64,000 bases of DNA from Felis catus (lineage: Eukaryota): NCBI RefSeq assembly GCF_018350175.1, contig NC_058369.1:26538001-26602000 (forward strand), read 5' to 3'. Below, one piece after another: positions 48,839 to 62,100 of this stretch. The position numbers and the translations under genes are program-made. Numbering within the stretch: the stretch's first letter is position 1; every line of letters starts with the position of its first letter. The notes below the pieces were generated by a model, which worked only from the letters and a program-made list of their open reading frames with translations, did not search any database and was not told where the DNA came from.

Positions 48839-49340
48839 TGTATTAATTTCCCAATTGCTGCTATAAAAAATTACCGCAGACTTGATGGCTTAAAACAACA
48901 CAAATTTATGATCTTACGGTTATGTAGGTCAGAGGTAGAACACAGGTCTAAAGTGAAGGTTGGTAGGACTGCACTTCTTTCTGGAGGCTCTAGGGGAGAA
49001 TCTGTTTCCTTGCTTTTCCCAGCATCTGGAGATCACCTGCATTCCTTGGTTCATGGTCTTCTTCCTTCATCTCCAAAGCCAGAAATGTGGCATCTGGCTG
49101 ATCCCTTTCCCGGTCCTCATGTTTTTCTTTCTCTGACCACTGCTGGGAAAGGTTCTCTGCTTTTAAGGATTCACATGACTAGGTTTGGGCCCACCCAGAT
49201 AATCAGAGATAATTGCCAGCTTCCAAGTTCTTCACCTTAATCACATTTTCAATATCCCAGTTGCCATACAAAGTAACATGCTCCAGCTTGTGAGGAGCAG
49301 GATGTGGACATCTTTGGAAAGGTATTATTCTATCATCATA
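48839..49340 (-). mobile_element. MaLR LTR (MLT1C/D-like)
   Basis: tgtattaatttcc..ttgctgct.taa.aaattacc...ggcttaaaacaacacaaattta...ctggaggctctaggggagaatctgtttccttgc...gggcccacccagataatc...ggatgtggacatctttgg. Confidence 0.85.
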
Positions 49341-49373
49341 GTAAGAGAAGGAGTTGGGATTAGAAATGGGTTT

Positions 49374-49580
49374 GGGGTGCCTGGATGACTCAGTTGGTTA
49401 AGCATCTGACTCTTGATTTTGGCTCAGGTCATGATCTCATAGTTCATGGGTTTGAGCCCGGTGTTGTGCTCTGCACTGACAGCATGGAGCCTGCTTGGGA
49501 TTCTCTCTCTCTGTCTCTGTCTCTTCCCCTCCCTCAATCATGCTCTCTCTCTAAAAGTAAATAAATAAACATTTTTAAAA
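49374..49580 (+). mobile_element. CAN-SINE
   Basis: Head ggggtgcctggatgactcagttggttaagc; TSD aaatggg. Confidence 0.9.
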
Positions 49581-49619
49581 AAATGGGCTCTGTCCATGTT
49601 AAAATTTACTATACATCTT

Positions 49620-51150
49620 CAAACACTGTGGTATCAAAGGAGGGACACATAGATTAATTGAATATAATAGATTCTAAAAATAAGTTCACACAAGTATGGC
49701 CAACTCATGTTTGACAAAGGTACAAAATGTCAGGATAGTCTTTTTTATAAATGGTGTTGGTAAAATTAGGCTAAATAAATAAGTAAATAAATAAATCTTG
49801 ACCTAAATCTCATGCCTTATACAAAAATTAATTCAAAATGGATCCTGGATCTAAATGTAAAGTGTAAAACTATAAAACTTTTAGAAGAACATCTTTGTGA
49901 CCTAGGCTAAGGCAAAAAGATCTCAGACATGACACCAAAAGCAAAATCCATAAAAAAAAAGAATTTGAAAAATTGGACTTCATCAAAACTAAAAGCTTTG
50001 CTTCGTGAAAGTCCCTGGTAAAGAGATGTAAAGACAAGGAATAGGAAGAAATATTTGCAAGTCACATATCTGACAAAAGACTTATATCTTAGATGTATAG
50101 AGAAATCTCTAAACTCAAAAGTAAGGAAACAAATAATCCCATTATATATCTACAAAAGACTTGAACAAACATCTCACCAAATGGGGGTACAAATGTCAAA
50201 TAGGCACATGAATATATGTTCAGCATCTCTTGCCATTAGTCAAATGCAAATTAAAACTATAACAAGATATTACAACACACCTGTTAGAATGGCTAAAATA
50301 AAACAATACTGACAATACTAAGTGCTGACAAGGATGCAGAGAAAGTGGATCACTAACACATTCCTTGTGGGAATGAAAAATGGTATAGTCATGCTGGAAA
50401 ACAATTTGGCTGTTTCTTATAAAAGTAAGTATATATTCACCATGCAACCCAGCAATTGCCTTGCTGTGTATTTATCCCAGGAAAATGAAAACATATATTT
50501 ACACAAAAGCCTATACACAAACGTTCATAGCAATGTACTTGTAATATCTGATAACTGGAAGTCACCCAAATATCCTTTAGCAGGTGAATGGTTACAAAAT
50601 GGTGTTAAATCTGTACAACAGAATGTATTTAGCAATAAAAAGAAATGAAATGTTGATACAGGCAACAAGTTGGATGGATCTCAAGGATATTATGCTGAGT
50701 GAAAAAAAACCAACCACAGGAGTTATGTATGTTTACATTTATATAACACTCTTTTGTCATAGTTTTGCCATAAACTCTTTTGTCACACTTCTGCCATAAT
50801 TTATATGACAAAATTTTAGTGAGGGTTGCCAATGGGCTGGGAGTGGTAGAGGGTGTGATTATAAAAGGAGAGCCTGAAAGGGTTTCTTGATGGTGACAAA
50901 ACAGTTCTGAAGCCTGATTGTGGTGGTGGTTGTGCAAAACTGTCCATGTGATAAAATGTCTAAAGTCTATATACCAAAAAAAAGTGTATGTAAAAACAGA
51001 TGGAATCCAAGTAATGGTTTAATTAATAGTGCACCAATGTCAGTTTTTTTTGATGATGTGGCTATGTTAGATGTTATCATCAAATTATGTTAAGTATACA
51101 TGGGAACTCTGTACTGTTTTTACAATTTCTTGTGGATATTAAAGGTTGTT
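49620..51150 (+). mobile_element. Old L1 (L1MC-like): decayed ORF2 C-terminal region plus 3' UTR
   Basis: A-rich; acaaaaattaattcaaaatggatc, aattggacttcatcaaaa, aaatgcaaattaaaac, gttagaatggctaaaat, acccagcaatt; ends gggaactctgtactgtttttacaa. Many stops and frameshifts. Confidence 0.9.
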
Positions 51151-52181
51151 TTTTTTTTTTTAAAGTAAGCAAATAAATAAAACTAAACAGAACACCTTGA
51201 GTCTTCTCACTTCATGCCTGAGGTCCCTACCTGGCAGGTCACTACCTGGCAGTGATGATCGCATCCAATGCTTCATTACTTGCCTTTACCATAAAATCTG
51301 AACAGAAAAAGAGAATAAATCAATATTTTGGCTGAAACAGTATTTTTCCCAGAAGGTTCTGTTGAACACTAATTCAGCAGCATTTCACGTTAGGCAAGAA
51401 TAAACATTCTGTGTCCAGGCACATTTGGGAATTCCTGGGCTAACTAGGTTTCCTTAATGAAAGGCTGCTTTGTAGGACATGAGCATATGTTATGGATCTC
51501 CATGAGGGGGCTACAGAACACAGTGATTCTTTAACTTTTTGTCCATAGGACATATATGTTTTTTTCTCCTCTGGGAATCCCAAGAGCCTAGGGATCCATG
51601 TACTTGAGAAATAGTGAGCTAAAGCATTTGTCAGAGAAAAGAAAAGCAAGGAGCATGGCATCATTTTCACCATGGAGCCAGGCGTTTGGCTTCAGGCACT
51701 GGATTCTCTCAAGCCTTTTGCCATGTGGTGAGTATCATAACTTATAGGAGATGTGTTGGAAAGAAAGAGGGTCAATCCTCATTGTGTGAAGGGTCTGAGT
51801 TTTATTTTTTGATTTTCCACTTTGAGTAGAGACTTTGGAGAAAATTCTTCCTCTCGTTTCTCCACTCTTAGGGTTGGAGGTCCTATTCCCCATCTGACAT
51901 TGGAACTGGATGGATAGAGAATGCCTAACAATCCATTCTGGAAGCCAAATGTGAGGAGATGGGTCTTTGGGCAAGTGGGATGGAGGGGAGGAAACAGATC
52001 TAGGAGGAGAATTTTCTGATGATTACAGGGCTGGCCATGTGGTGAAACCCTAAGTTTCTAAAGAGGCCTACTCATTAGGAATGAAACTTGGAGATGGAGA
52101 AGACACTTTGAGTAGACTGAAGAAGTCACTCCATATCTCTACATATTTGTGCACTCTTTCATATGGATTGTAACATATCTA

Positions 52182-52852
52182 GTATATTAGTTACCTCTTA
52201 CTGCATAACATATCACCCTCAAACTTAGTAGTTTAAAACAATAAAATGACTATACTTATCATTGTGAAAATTGAATAATGTATAGAATTGTTGAATCACT
52301 ATGTTGTATATCTGAAATTAATATAACATTGTATGTCAACTATATTTCAGTAAGTTTTTTAAAATTGGTTAAAAAAACAGTAATAAAATTTATTACCTCA
52401 TGTAGTGTTTGTTGATAAAAAATTTAGAAGTGACCTAAATGGTTCTGGGTCATGGTCCCTCATGATGCTATAGTCTTCTAAAGTTTTTTGGGGGACTGGA
52501 GAATCTGATTCCAAGATGGCTTACTAAAAAAAAAAAAAAAAAAAAAAATTTAAAGATGGCTTACTAGCATAGCTGACCTGTTCATGCTAGATGTTGGCAA
52601 GAAATCTCACCTCTCATAAGGCTGCTTGAGTGTTCTTACATCATGGCTTACATCTTCCAGAACAAGTGATCCAAGGTGGAAGCTGCAATATCTTATGATG
52701 TAGTCTTGGATGTCACATGCCATCATTTCTGCAATACCCAATTATTTATACATATGAGCTCTATTTAGCTCTATTCAGTGTGAGAGGGATTACACATGGC
52801 ATGAATTCCAGCATGAAAGAATCACTGGGGACCATCTTGAAGGCTGGTTACA
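52182..52852 (-). mobile_element. MaLR LTR (MLT1F/H-like) with an L1 tail and a poly(A) insertion inside
   Basis: gtatattagttac...ctgcataaca.atcacc..caaacttag...ggctgcttgagtgttctta...gcatgaattccag...atcactggggaccatctt..aggctggttaca. Confidence 0.75.
52247..52375 (+). mobile_element. Short L1 3' terminal fragment (L1MA9/carnivore-type)
   Basis: aatgtatagaattgttgaatcactatgttgtata.ctgaaa.taatataacattgtatgtcaactata, flanked by similar aaaaca(gt)aataaaat sequences. Confidence 0.8.
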
Positions 52853-55423
52853 AAAACCTATAAAAGAAAGAAATTATTGAATGAACATCTTTAAATGGAT
52901 GATAAGTGTTCTTGAATGGCTAAGTGCGTGACCATTTTTAGAGGTTGTACCTCTCTTCCAAAGAAGAGGCATAATTCTGGGGTCACAACTTCCCCATTCT
53001 TTCAACAGATATTTATTGAACACCTACTATGTGCCATCAGTTTCCTTAGGGCCTTTGCAGGGGGAGCCTTGCTAGAGAAGCATGTCCTGGAAGCACAGTC
53101 AGCAAGCACATTGTCAGATAGATAAGCTCAGGCAGAAGTACTGTGTTGATTCATGACCAGATCAGCATATTTGCCATTCATCCTAATCATTCTTTTAAGT
53201 AGGGGCCTCAAAAAATCGCACCAGCATGAATAGCATATCTACCCTTTGTTTGTTTTTTGGATAATGACTTCATTTCACGTGCTTTGCTTAAACGGATCGC
53301 TCTCTTCTCCCTCCTCTCTCTCTGGTCATAATTCTTTCTGTTCCCATTTCAGGTGGAGACAGGTGCCCTCCAAACTACACTCCTCACATTTATCAAAGCT
53401 AAATGGCTTCCCGCTGCCTTCTCCCATCTTTTTAAAAGCAAGCTCCTCTTACCTTACTTACTCAGAGAGCCTAACCTGAGGAGGAAACTTGATTAACGCA
53501 CAATTTATCTCTTCCCTCAGGTTATTTATGCCTCACTCAAAATTCTTCGTTGCCAGCAAGAAGCAGACTCTGGTCATCTCCAGCATAAAGGAATTTATTA
53601 GAAGGACATTGGAGTTCTCAGAATTGATAGGTGGCTTGAAAACCAACCTGGGAAATGAGAACCAAGGGCTTTCTGTAGGGCCAGGCAGCAGGGGCAACAT
53701 GGTCAGTGTGCTGTTGTGGCCACTGTGATAAGGCCCCTTCATTTGCTTTTCCTTTCCTTGCTTCATAGCTTTAAGGTTCAAAATTCTGGGAAATAATATC
53801 AATTTGGCTTGGCAAATGTCAGTGCTGGTCCCAGGCTCTAAGAACGGGAACAAGCAAGACTTGATCCACATTAAAAAAAAAAAAAAGCATAGGTTTCTAC
53901 AATTCACTAATTGAATTCACTAATTCTCTGAAAGGCTCTGGCTGATTTGTCACCATGCCATTCAAACTGAAGCTCTCCAGTGCTCAATAAGGAGTCAATT
54001 ACTTCACAGTCCTTAGGATCCACCCAAGCCTTGTATTTTCCATAAATGAGCCCTCCAAATTGGCAAACACTCTTGGGAAGTGTTTCAATTGGATATTCTG
54101 TTAATTTACCAATAATCATCTCCTAATGTCATTTATTACAGAAAATTAGATGAATGTAGCACGAGCAGAAAAATATTGATTGCTGCTCTCTGAATTTTTA
54201 ATATGAATATTTGATTTATAAATTAATTCTTCATTTTATTAATTACGAGAGTGAGGCAGTTTCCCAACCCAAGCTATGATGCTGAGGATTATTGTGACTT
54301 TCTCATCAGCAATTTTAGGTAATGATTCATTAAAATGAATTTCTTTCCAGGTTTTGTGTCCTGTTCTTGCAAGGTGCCTCACACTTGCTTGGGTTTGTGG
54401 TTACCTTTTTATGGTCCTTCCCTAGCCATTTTTTCTCAATCTATTTGCCCATTCTGGCCAATTTTTTTCTGAGTGTCTTCCTCAGGGGGTTGGCCTGGTT
54501 GACCTCTACCATGCCCCAGGATCCTATAACCTCATTTAGAAAAGCATTTGGCTCTAGTTGGCTAAAAGGGCCTCTGAGTGTCCAAATGTCTTTCCCCAAA
54601 ACCTAGCCACATCAGGCATGTAGCAGGGGCACCATTAATTACTTGTGGAATGACTGAAAGAATGAGCAAGTGAACAAATGCTTGTTGTTTTTTCAAGTAT
54701 CTTCCACAGTGACTCTCCTGTTACATGTTTTAAAACAAACCCCAGATATGGAGAAAATGCAGCCTTTGTGATTAGAATTTCAGGTTCCAGAGTCAGACAG
54801 AATCCTTTCTTTGCTATATACAAGCTATGTGACGCAAGGCAAATAAACTTACCTCTCTGATCCTGTTTCTTCATCAATAAAATGGGCATAATTAGATTCT
54901 CTATATCACTGGGTTTACCTTGTGGAGGTCTTGTGCAGAGGGCAGGACCAACCTCCCACAACCCAAAATTGGTTGAGATGTTGAGATTAATGATGTCACA
55001 GATGTACCAAAATGGTATGAAAATATTTATTGCATCATGAAATGGTCTAGGGGAGGACTGGGCAGCTCCTAAATTGGTCTGAAAGTGGCTTGAAGGGCCA
55101 GTGCCTCTTGCTTTTCCTGTGGTCAGGGGATGGGACTAGAGTGAGTTTCCATACATGGGCAGGAGTTCTCATGGTTTAAATTTCCCTTCTGGACAAGGGA
55201 TGGAGTGTCTGAGCCCTACAGTGTAGGGCTCAGTATTTAATAAACGGATTATTAATGCAATGGTTGATTTAATCCTTTTAGAAACTTTTGCATCTACTAT
55301 GTATTTTCCTCTTTATAACAACCCAAGAAATTGAGAGACTGGGTCCAAAGTAGAACTTGTACAAAGGCCAACAAATGGTAGCTGCTGACCTCACTATTGC
55401 TATTCCCATAATCTTCACCTGCC

Positions 55424-55715
55424 TTGCCACCATCACCATCACCATCACCATCATTACTATCACTATCACCATCACCATGGCCATTATTACCATCACTATC
55501 ACCATCGCCATTACTATTGCCATCTGCACCATTACTCCACCAAATCTCCAGGCAGTAAGTACTATTGCCATCTCCATCCTTACCATCAATGTCGTCATCA
55601 CCATGGCCATCATTACCATTGCCATCACCATCATTACCAATGCCTCTGCCACAATCATCAACAGCATCATTGCCATTATCACAGTCTCCACCGGCATTGT
55701 CATCACTATCATCAC
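55424..55715 (+). repeat. Degenerate (CAT/CAC)n trinucleotide low-complexity tract
   Basis: accatcaccatcaccatcattactatcactatcacc...; produces the T/I-rich and M/V-rich pseudo-ORFs. Confidence 0.9.
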
Positions 55716-56109
55716 AAGATTTCTCTTAGACTATCCACTTTCTTAGGTTGGAGACCTCTATTTTCTGCCTTGTTGTGGACCAAGTGACATTAGTTAAGAG
55801 TAACAAAAGCCATAGGGTCACCCAGCTTAAAAATAAGGACTTTCGTCTCTCAAGGAGCTATAAGTCTAAGAAGGGTGGTTCCCAGGGGCTCAATGATATC
55901 TTTAAAGACCCTAGTTCTTTTCTTCTTTCTGCTCTGTCATCCTCATTGCGTTTACTTGGTCCTTGGCTGGTTCATAAGATGAAGGACAGCAGATCAACAT
56001 TCACACACAGAAATGTGCGTTTGGTAGAAAAGGGGACTGTTTCTTTCATTAGTTGTTTTGTTTGTTTGTTTTTTATTTATTTTTATCAGCAAGTAAAATC
56101 TTTTGCTCC

Positions 56110-56230
56110 TTTACTGATATCTAGTGGGTAGAGGTCAAACATGCAGCTAAATATTGTCCAATGGTAGGGCAGCCAGCCCACCACCACCTCCAACAAATGT
56201 TAGTAATGTCAAAATTGAGAAATTCTGATC
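56110..56230 (+). mobile_element. MER20-like fragment
   Basis: atctagtgggtagagg.ca...atgc.gctaaa.at...aatgt...aaaattgagaaa..ctg.tctag. Confidence 0.55.
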
Positions 56231-57055
56231 TAGATAATTAACTGAACAAATAAAACAGGCATGCCTTTGAACCCTATCTCACAGGGGATGTTTACTCTCC
56301 CTGTTTCTGTCTCTGTCTCTGCCTCTCTGTCTCTGTCTCTGCCTCTCTGTCTCTGTCTCTTTTACACAGTCTTTTTTTTTTTATAGTGTCACTTTATAAG
56401 TGGAGAGAATTATGGCAGAGACTGAAGAGACGGCATTTTATTTCACTGTATCTCTGTCCTCTAACACCTCAGTGCTCACAGCTCGGGGCCTCTGGTGCCC
56501 CAGCATAAAATCTGTGAGATTTAAACGTATACTATGAGATGCCTTATAAAACATACAAAATATGATCTGACAAGGTCCTTTCCCAATGCCCTCTTCTGCA
56601 CAAAATCTCCGGGCAGTAATTCAATTTCAGGGCCTTTCTCCTATTAAAATAGGTGTGTGACGTCACCCAAGCCCTGGACCAAAGCACAATCTTATAGTTG
56701 GCACTGAGCATTTCCTTCTTTGGGTAATGGATTTTATTTTGCCAAAAATGAGCATTAAAGAGCTTCGAAGGAGACACCATTGTTTTTAGATGGTTTTGTT
56801 TGTCTTGGAAAATGTGAGACGTCACTGCATAATGGTAACAGCCATTAAGTTTGGGTTTGTTCTGGGGTTAATGGATTACTATAATGCTGTGGGAAATTAT
56901 TTTCCAATAAATGTTAAATTTCACTTTTTTCTGAGTCTCTCTCTCTTTGCCACATGTTCAGTGTTTTCTTCTTCTGTGTTAAAGATGTGCAAAGCCCTGA
57001 AAAGGGGGCTGATAAAACCTGCTGTTTTATCATTTCTGTCTCTCTCTCTCTTTTT

Positions 57056-57275
57056 AAAAAAAAAATTTTTTTTAATGTTTACTTATTTTTGAGACAGAGA
57101 GAGACAGGGCATGAACAGGGGAGAGGCAGAGAGAGAGGGAGACACAGAATCTGAAACAGGCTCCAGGCTCTGAGCTGTCAGCACAGAGCCCGACGCGGGG
57201 CTCGAACTCACGGACGTGAGATCATGACCTGAGCCGAAGTCAGATGCTTAACCGACCGAGCCACCCAGGCGCCCC
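57056..57275 (-). mobile_element. Feline CAN-SINE (SINEC_Fc-type)
   Basis: CpG-rich; TSD tctctctctctcttttt(t)aa. Confidence 0.94.
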
Positions 57276-59916
57276 TCTCTCTCTCTTTTTTAATATCCCA
57301 CGTTAATTATTAGTTTGCCTTGGGGAAAAGGAATGGTACTATGTTTCCTCAACAGAAGAAGCTTGGTGAGCTTTGTGGATACTTATTTCTGTGGGGCTCA
57401 CATGCATCGAACATTGGCTATTTCCACAAAATTCCCAAGTTCATCTTGGTGGATTATGATCGTTTCGGTTACCAGTGTGATCCTTTTAAATTCATCCTTT
57501 ATTACTGTGGTGGCTGAGAATAAATCTGTTAGGCTGACAGGACTGCTTCAGAAGGGCGTTCGGCACAGGTCTCTCTGTCACATTGCCAGCAGTTTCGGGG
57601 CGGTGGCTTAAAGTTTTCAAAATGGGTTTGAGGAAATACACAGCTTTCCACATGACTTCTTCCCCTTATCCGATTCTTCCTCCTGCTCTCTGAGGTGTAA
57701 TCACCCACTGCTTCTGTTGAACAGCCCGAGGCCAAAAGATCAGTTTTTAGGATGAAACAAACTGCCTTCACTCTGTGAACGTTGATGGAGCACCCAGGAT
57801 GCTCCAGTGCACAACACAGAGACACCCTGAGGGTCCTGACCCCAAGAAGGTGACTGTCCATATTCTCCCAGAGTCTCTACACCTCAAACTCTCGCTAGCC
57901 CCAGGGTGCAGAGATAACACAAAGACTGGAGTGCCGAGTCAGACTTGTGAGAATCCGAGCCAGATCTTTCCTAGTATCCAGCTTAACTGACAATTTAAGG
58001 AGACAAGTTATTGCCAGGCACGGGGGAAGCCGGGAGAGGTCACAACCCCCATGGAGTCCCCAGGCCCCCCTCTTGCCACAGTAGAATGCTCCCTCCTCCA
58101 GATGTAACAAATGAAGTCTCTGAGCAATGCCTGTGGGGGCAATGCTTACATGAAAAAGCTATTTTGATCGCGAAGCATTTCTATTTTACACTCCAGTGAG
58201 CACAAAGGTTACCTGACGTCTTCTGGGGGAGGTACACCCCATAAATCCAGGGATTTTGGATTTGTTTGCTGTACGCACCCCAGATACCTCAGGTGCATCC
58301 CGCTGAAAGCACTCCATGGGGGAGGACTCTCTCCCAGTAAATACATCATCTGTGTTTTCCAGGTCAGTCACTGGCACATTCATGAGGGGATTGCCTGGGT
58401 CACTTTCCTTGCTCTGCCAAGGCATTCTCTGAAGAGAGAGAGAACAGATTGCAGGCATTGTTCATGTGTCCTCCCAGGAGCCACGACTGACTAGCAGGGT
58501 CTGGTGCAGGTGCTTGGGGACTAGCTTGGGTGTGGCAGCAAATGTGTGGCTCTGCGCTCCTCTGAGCAAGCCTGTCCTGTGCATGTGAGGCCTTCGGAGC
58601 ACAGCCAGTTGCTGAAGGTCTTTAACTCAGTTTGGCAGAGAGAAGAGACTCAAACCAGGGTCCCGGCGCTCCAAGGCTTTCCAACAGTGTTCTTGTGTAT
58701 CCCACTGGATTAAAATTCAGACTCTGGAGTGAAAGCACCATGCACCCTCTACTCCTCACCAGCTACAATCTTGCTCAGCTTTCGAAATCCAGAAAGGTGA
58801 AGGACATTGCCAGTCTCTTTTCAGGGCTTATTCTGGGCCAGATGCTGGGCTCAGTGCTTTATGACTACAACCTAATCAAATACTCCTCGCTCTCCTATGG
58901 GGCGGGCCCCCTCATTATTCTCACTTTGCAGACAGAGAAACTGAGGCCCAGAGAAGGTTAAGCGACTTAGCCATGGCACATATCTTAAATGTGAAGAGAA
59001 GGTAGTCAAAGCCGGACACATTCTTGACCGGGGCATTTCAACCACACACTGCGTTTGATTAGAGAGGATGTCTTTGCAAAAGTGGGTTCATCAAATTGCC
59101 ATTTGTCATTTCCAGCCATTCTACCTCCCCACATTAAACAGTATGAGCTTCCAAGGAGCCCCTCTTCAGTTCCCATCCTGTGGAGTGTGAATGGTTGTTA
59201 TAAGTAGAAAGCGAGGGCTTTCAAACAAGTTGAAGGAAAAAGTGCTGAAAGCCTAAGCAAAGAATTGAGAATGGGTTTTATGTGCCAGGACCCTGTGTTG
59301 TGGCAACACTTATTTGAGTTTGTTGACAAAGATCCAACGTTTGTCGGATGGCCATCAAAATGCATGGCGCCACTCCTTGGTCAGATCATAGAGCAGTAAC
59401 AGCAGCATAGGGAAAATAGAGCAAACTCTGGCCTCCAAACCTCTCAGGTCACCTGTGACCTGTCTTTACCTGCTTCTCTCCTCCTTAGGGCTCCTTTTCT
59501 CTACCTGCTGGATGAGACAGCCTCTGAACAGGCCAGCTCAGTCCTGCCAGCTCTGACCTGTATTTGGCCGGCCACTTCCTCCATGGAACTTCTGATAGAG
59601 TCTGAGCATATTGCAAACACAGATGTCTCACAAACATTATGGGTGGTGGCTCTTTTATCTTTTTGGATTCTTGATCCCCCTGGGGAATCTAATCACATGG
59701 GAAACCACAGATCCTCTCCCTAGCAAAATCTACATATACCCAACATTTGGCCCACAATTTCAGAAGATCCTTCCTCCAATGCCCATGGATCTTAGGCTAA
59801 AACCCCCAGTGTTAGGCAACAATATGCTTGCAACTTGGAGACAGAAGCGCAGGAAACTGTGTTCAGAAATGCAATTCATGCAAAGAACATGAACAGAGTT
59901 TCACAAAACTCCCCAT

Positions 59917-60498
59917 TGTGGTAGGCAGTTATTGGATGGCTCCCAATGATCCTTGCTTCTTGGTACTCATGCTCTTGTGTGATCCCCTCTGCTTGAGTAT
60001 GACCTGGTCTCAGTGGCTTGCTTCTGATGCACAGAACGTGGCAAGAGTGAAGGGATGCCACTTTGGAGATCAGGTTATAAAAGAACTCTGGCTTCACTCT
60101 TGCTCACTCTCTATGTGTGGCTCTCTCACTTGCTCTCTCTAATGGACACTGGCTGCCGTGCTGTGAGCTGCCCTGTGAAGACATACATGTGGTCAAGAGC
60201 CAGCCAGAAAAGTCTGTGAAGAACTGAGGGTCTTCATCCAATGATTCACAAGGAATGAAATCCTGGCAACAATGATGTGAGTGAGCTTGGATCCGGATCC
60301 TCCCTCAGTCTAGTTGTTAGATGAGACTGAATTTGAAACTGTAGTTCCAGCTGGCACCTTGGTTGCAGCCTTATGGGACACCTTGAGGCAGAGGCCCTTA
60401 GCTAAGCTGTTTCTGGATTCCCAATCACAGGAATGCTTATTTTCTTAAGCTTCCAAGTTTTGGGGTAATTTGTTACATAGGAATAGGTAACAAGTACA
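59917..60498 (+). mobile_element. Near full-length MaLR solo LTR (MLT1F-like)
   Basis: TG...CA termini: tgtggtaggcag...atggctcccaatgatcc to aagttttggggtaatttgttaca.ag.aatag.taac.a.taca. Confidence 0.85.
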
Positions 60499-61583
60499 CT
60501 CACAGTCTAACTCCAGGTGCAAAATATGACACAAAAGCTCATGAAGCCTCTGAAAGGGACACTCAGGAGACTCGGTGCCTTTAAGAAGCAGGAAAACAGC
60601 AGCCATGGGATCCCAGGCTGGGGAAAGTGAATGACCTTAACTCCATAGGACTCCTATGCCACCCAGCCACTGCCAACGCTAGGTTTCTCATGGTATCTGA
60701 GGCCTCCTGGCTTTGCCTTCTTGGGTTCTGGGTCTTTTTCACAGACAAACACAATAGGGAAAGGAAGTTGATTGGCTCTCATCATAACGAATGATGAAGT
60801 GGTCATCAATTCATTTCTCCAGGGCAGATGTTCTGTGGCCACAGAGAAGGGGTGACCTTTGCTCAACCCACAGATAAGACATTATTTTTTTTGGCTCCCC
60901 AGTCAACGCATGGGAGTCATGTCACAAAAAGCCAAGAGGCTGTGGTCTGGACAAATGGCTCTGGGCAAACCGGCAGCTGTGATGAAGGGCAGGTCATCCA
61001 GAGGTTGGGCATGCCAAGCTAGTTAACCATCAGAGTGCAAATCATGCCAGCAGAAAGACATAACGTCAGCCACCATAAAGCAAGGAAACTACCAGCAAGG
61101 CTCATGCAGGATGGAGGTGGGCTGGAATGGGGAAGGCTTGCCTGAGGATGATAGCAACAGGTAGGCTAAAGAGGCTAAAGACTCCATTAATATTTAAAAC
61201 TTTCTGGCCCTGGGGCATCATGCACTGATAGGAAGGAAGGCATTTTCCACCTCATTGTCTGGATGTCCTGTGAGTAGTAAGAAAGCCCAGTTGGAGGGAG
61301 ACTAGTGAAGGAGGCGGAGACACTGGGTACCTTCCTCTAGTTTCCTCCAGGGTACCTGCATTTCAACAGGGGACTCTTCGGGTTAGGGAAAAAAAATTCA
61401 GATTGAAGGGAAATGAGCTGCAGAAGTTGTGCTCTATTCACCACTGTCTCTGCTCTTGGTTCTAGAAATTACCATCCCTCAGAGTTGCCCGTGCCTCAAC
61501 TAGGAAAAATGGGAGGATTACTTTGGAATTCTATTGTGTCCCGTGCAAAGAAACCTGACCACAATGCTTACCTCGATGGAACT

Positions 61584-62100
61584 GAGGTTCTGAACCTTTT
61601 TTTCAAGCCATGACCTTCTTTGGCAGCCAGGGGAGTCTTGTGGAAGAATATTTTTACATGCATTAAATAAATAAATGAATAAATGAATAAATAAATAAAT
61701 AAAATAAAACAAAACAAATGTAGGACTACAAAGGAAGCCAATTATTAAAATAGTTATCAAAATAATTTTAAAAGTCCAAATTTGGGATATAGTGATAATA
61801 TGTGCTTTTAAATTATGCATTAAATAACTAATAAACCACCAGGATTTCAAAATAGTGATAACTGTAAATGATAAATCAAAATAAGGTCAACAATTGTAAC
61901 GTTAAATGAAAATGTCTGTGATTTTTATTCACAAAGTCACAGGCATTGTTGATACTCTTCTGGTCTGTTGCCCACACTCACAAGGGGTAGAAATGCAAAA
62001 TGTTAGAGGTTTATAAAAAAAAGGTGTAACTTTTCCCCTGCAAGTTTATGAGACTCTAAATGGTTTCTTACTATGACTTGGGGATCTGTAGATTCAGAAA
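61584..62100 (+). mobile_element. MER119-like hAT-Charlie element
   Basis: ggttctgaacctttttt...gccatga.c..ctttggcag...aggactacaaaggaagccaatta...acaaagtcacagg.a.tg.tgatact...gttagaggtt. A related fragment lies at ~7690-7863. Confidence 0.75.

Noticed and set aside
50055..50937. ORFs in the A-rich region as protein genes
   Set aside because: Fragments of a decayed L1 ORF2 and 3' UTR with stops and frameshifts.
55278..55746. Overlapping T/I-rich (+) and M/V-rich (-) ORFs resembling membrane or mucin-like proteins
   Set aside because: They are translations of a degenerate (CAT/CAC)n repeat that lacks stops in those frames; no splice or promoter support.
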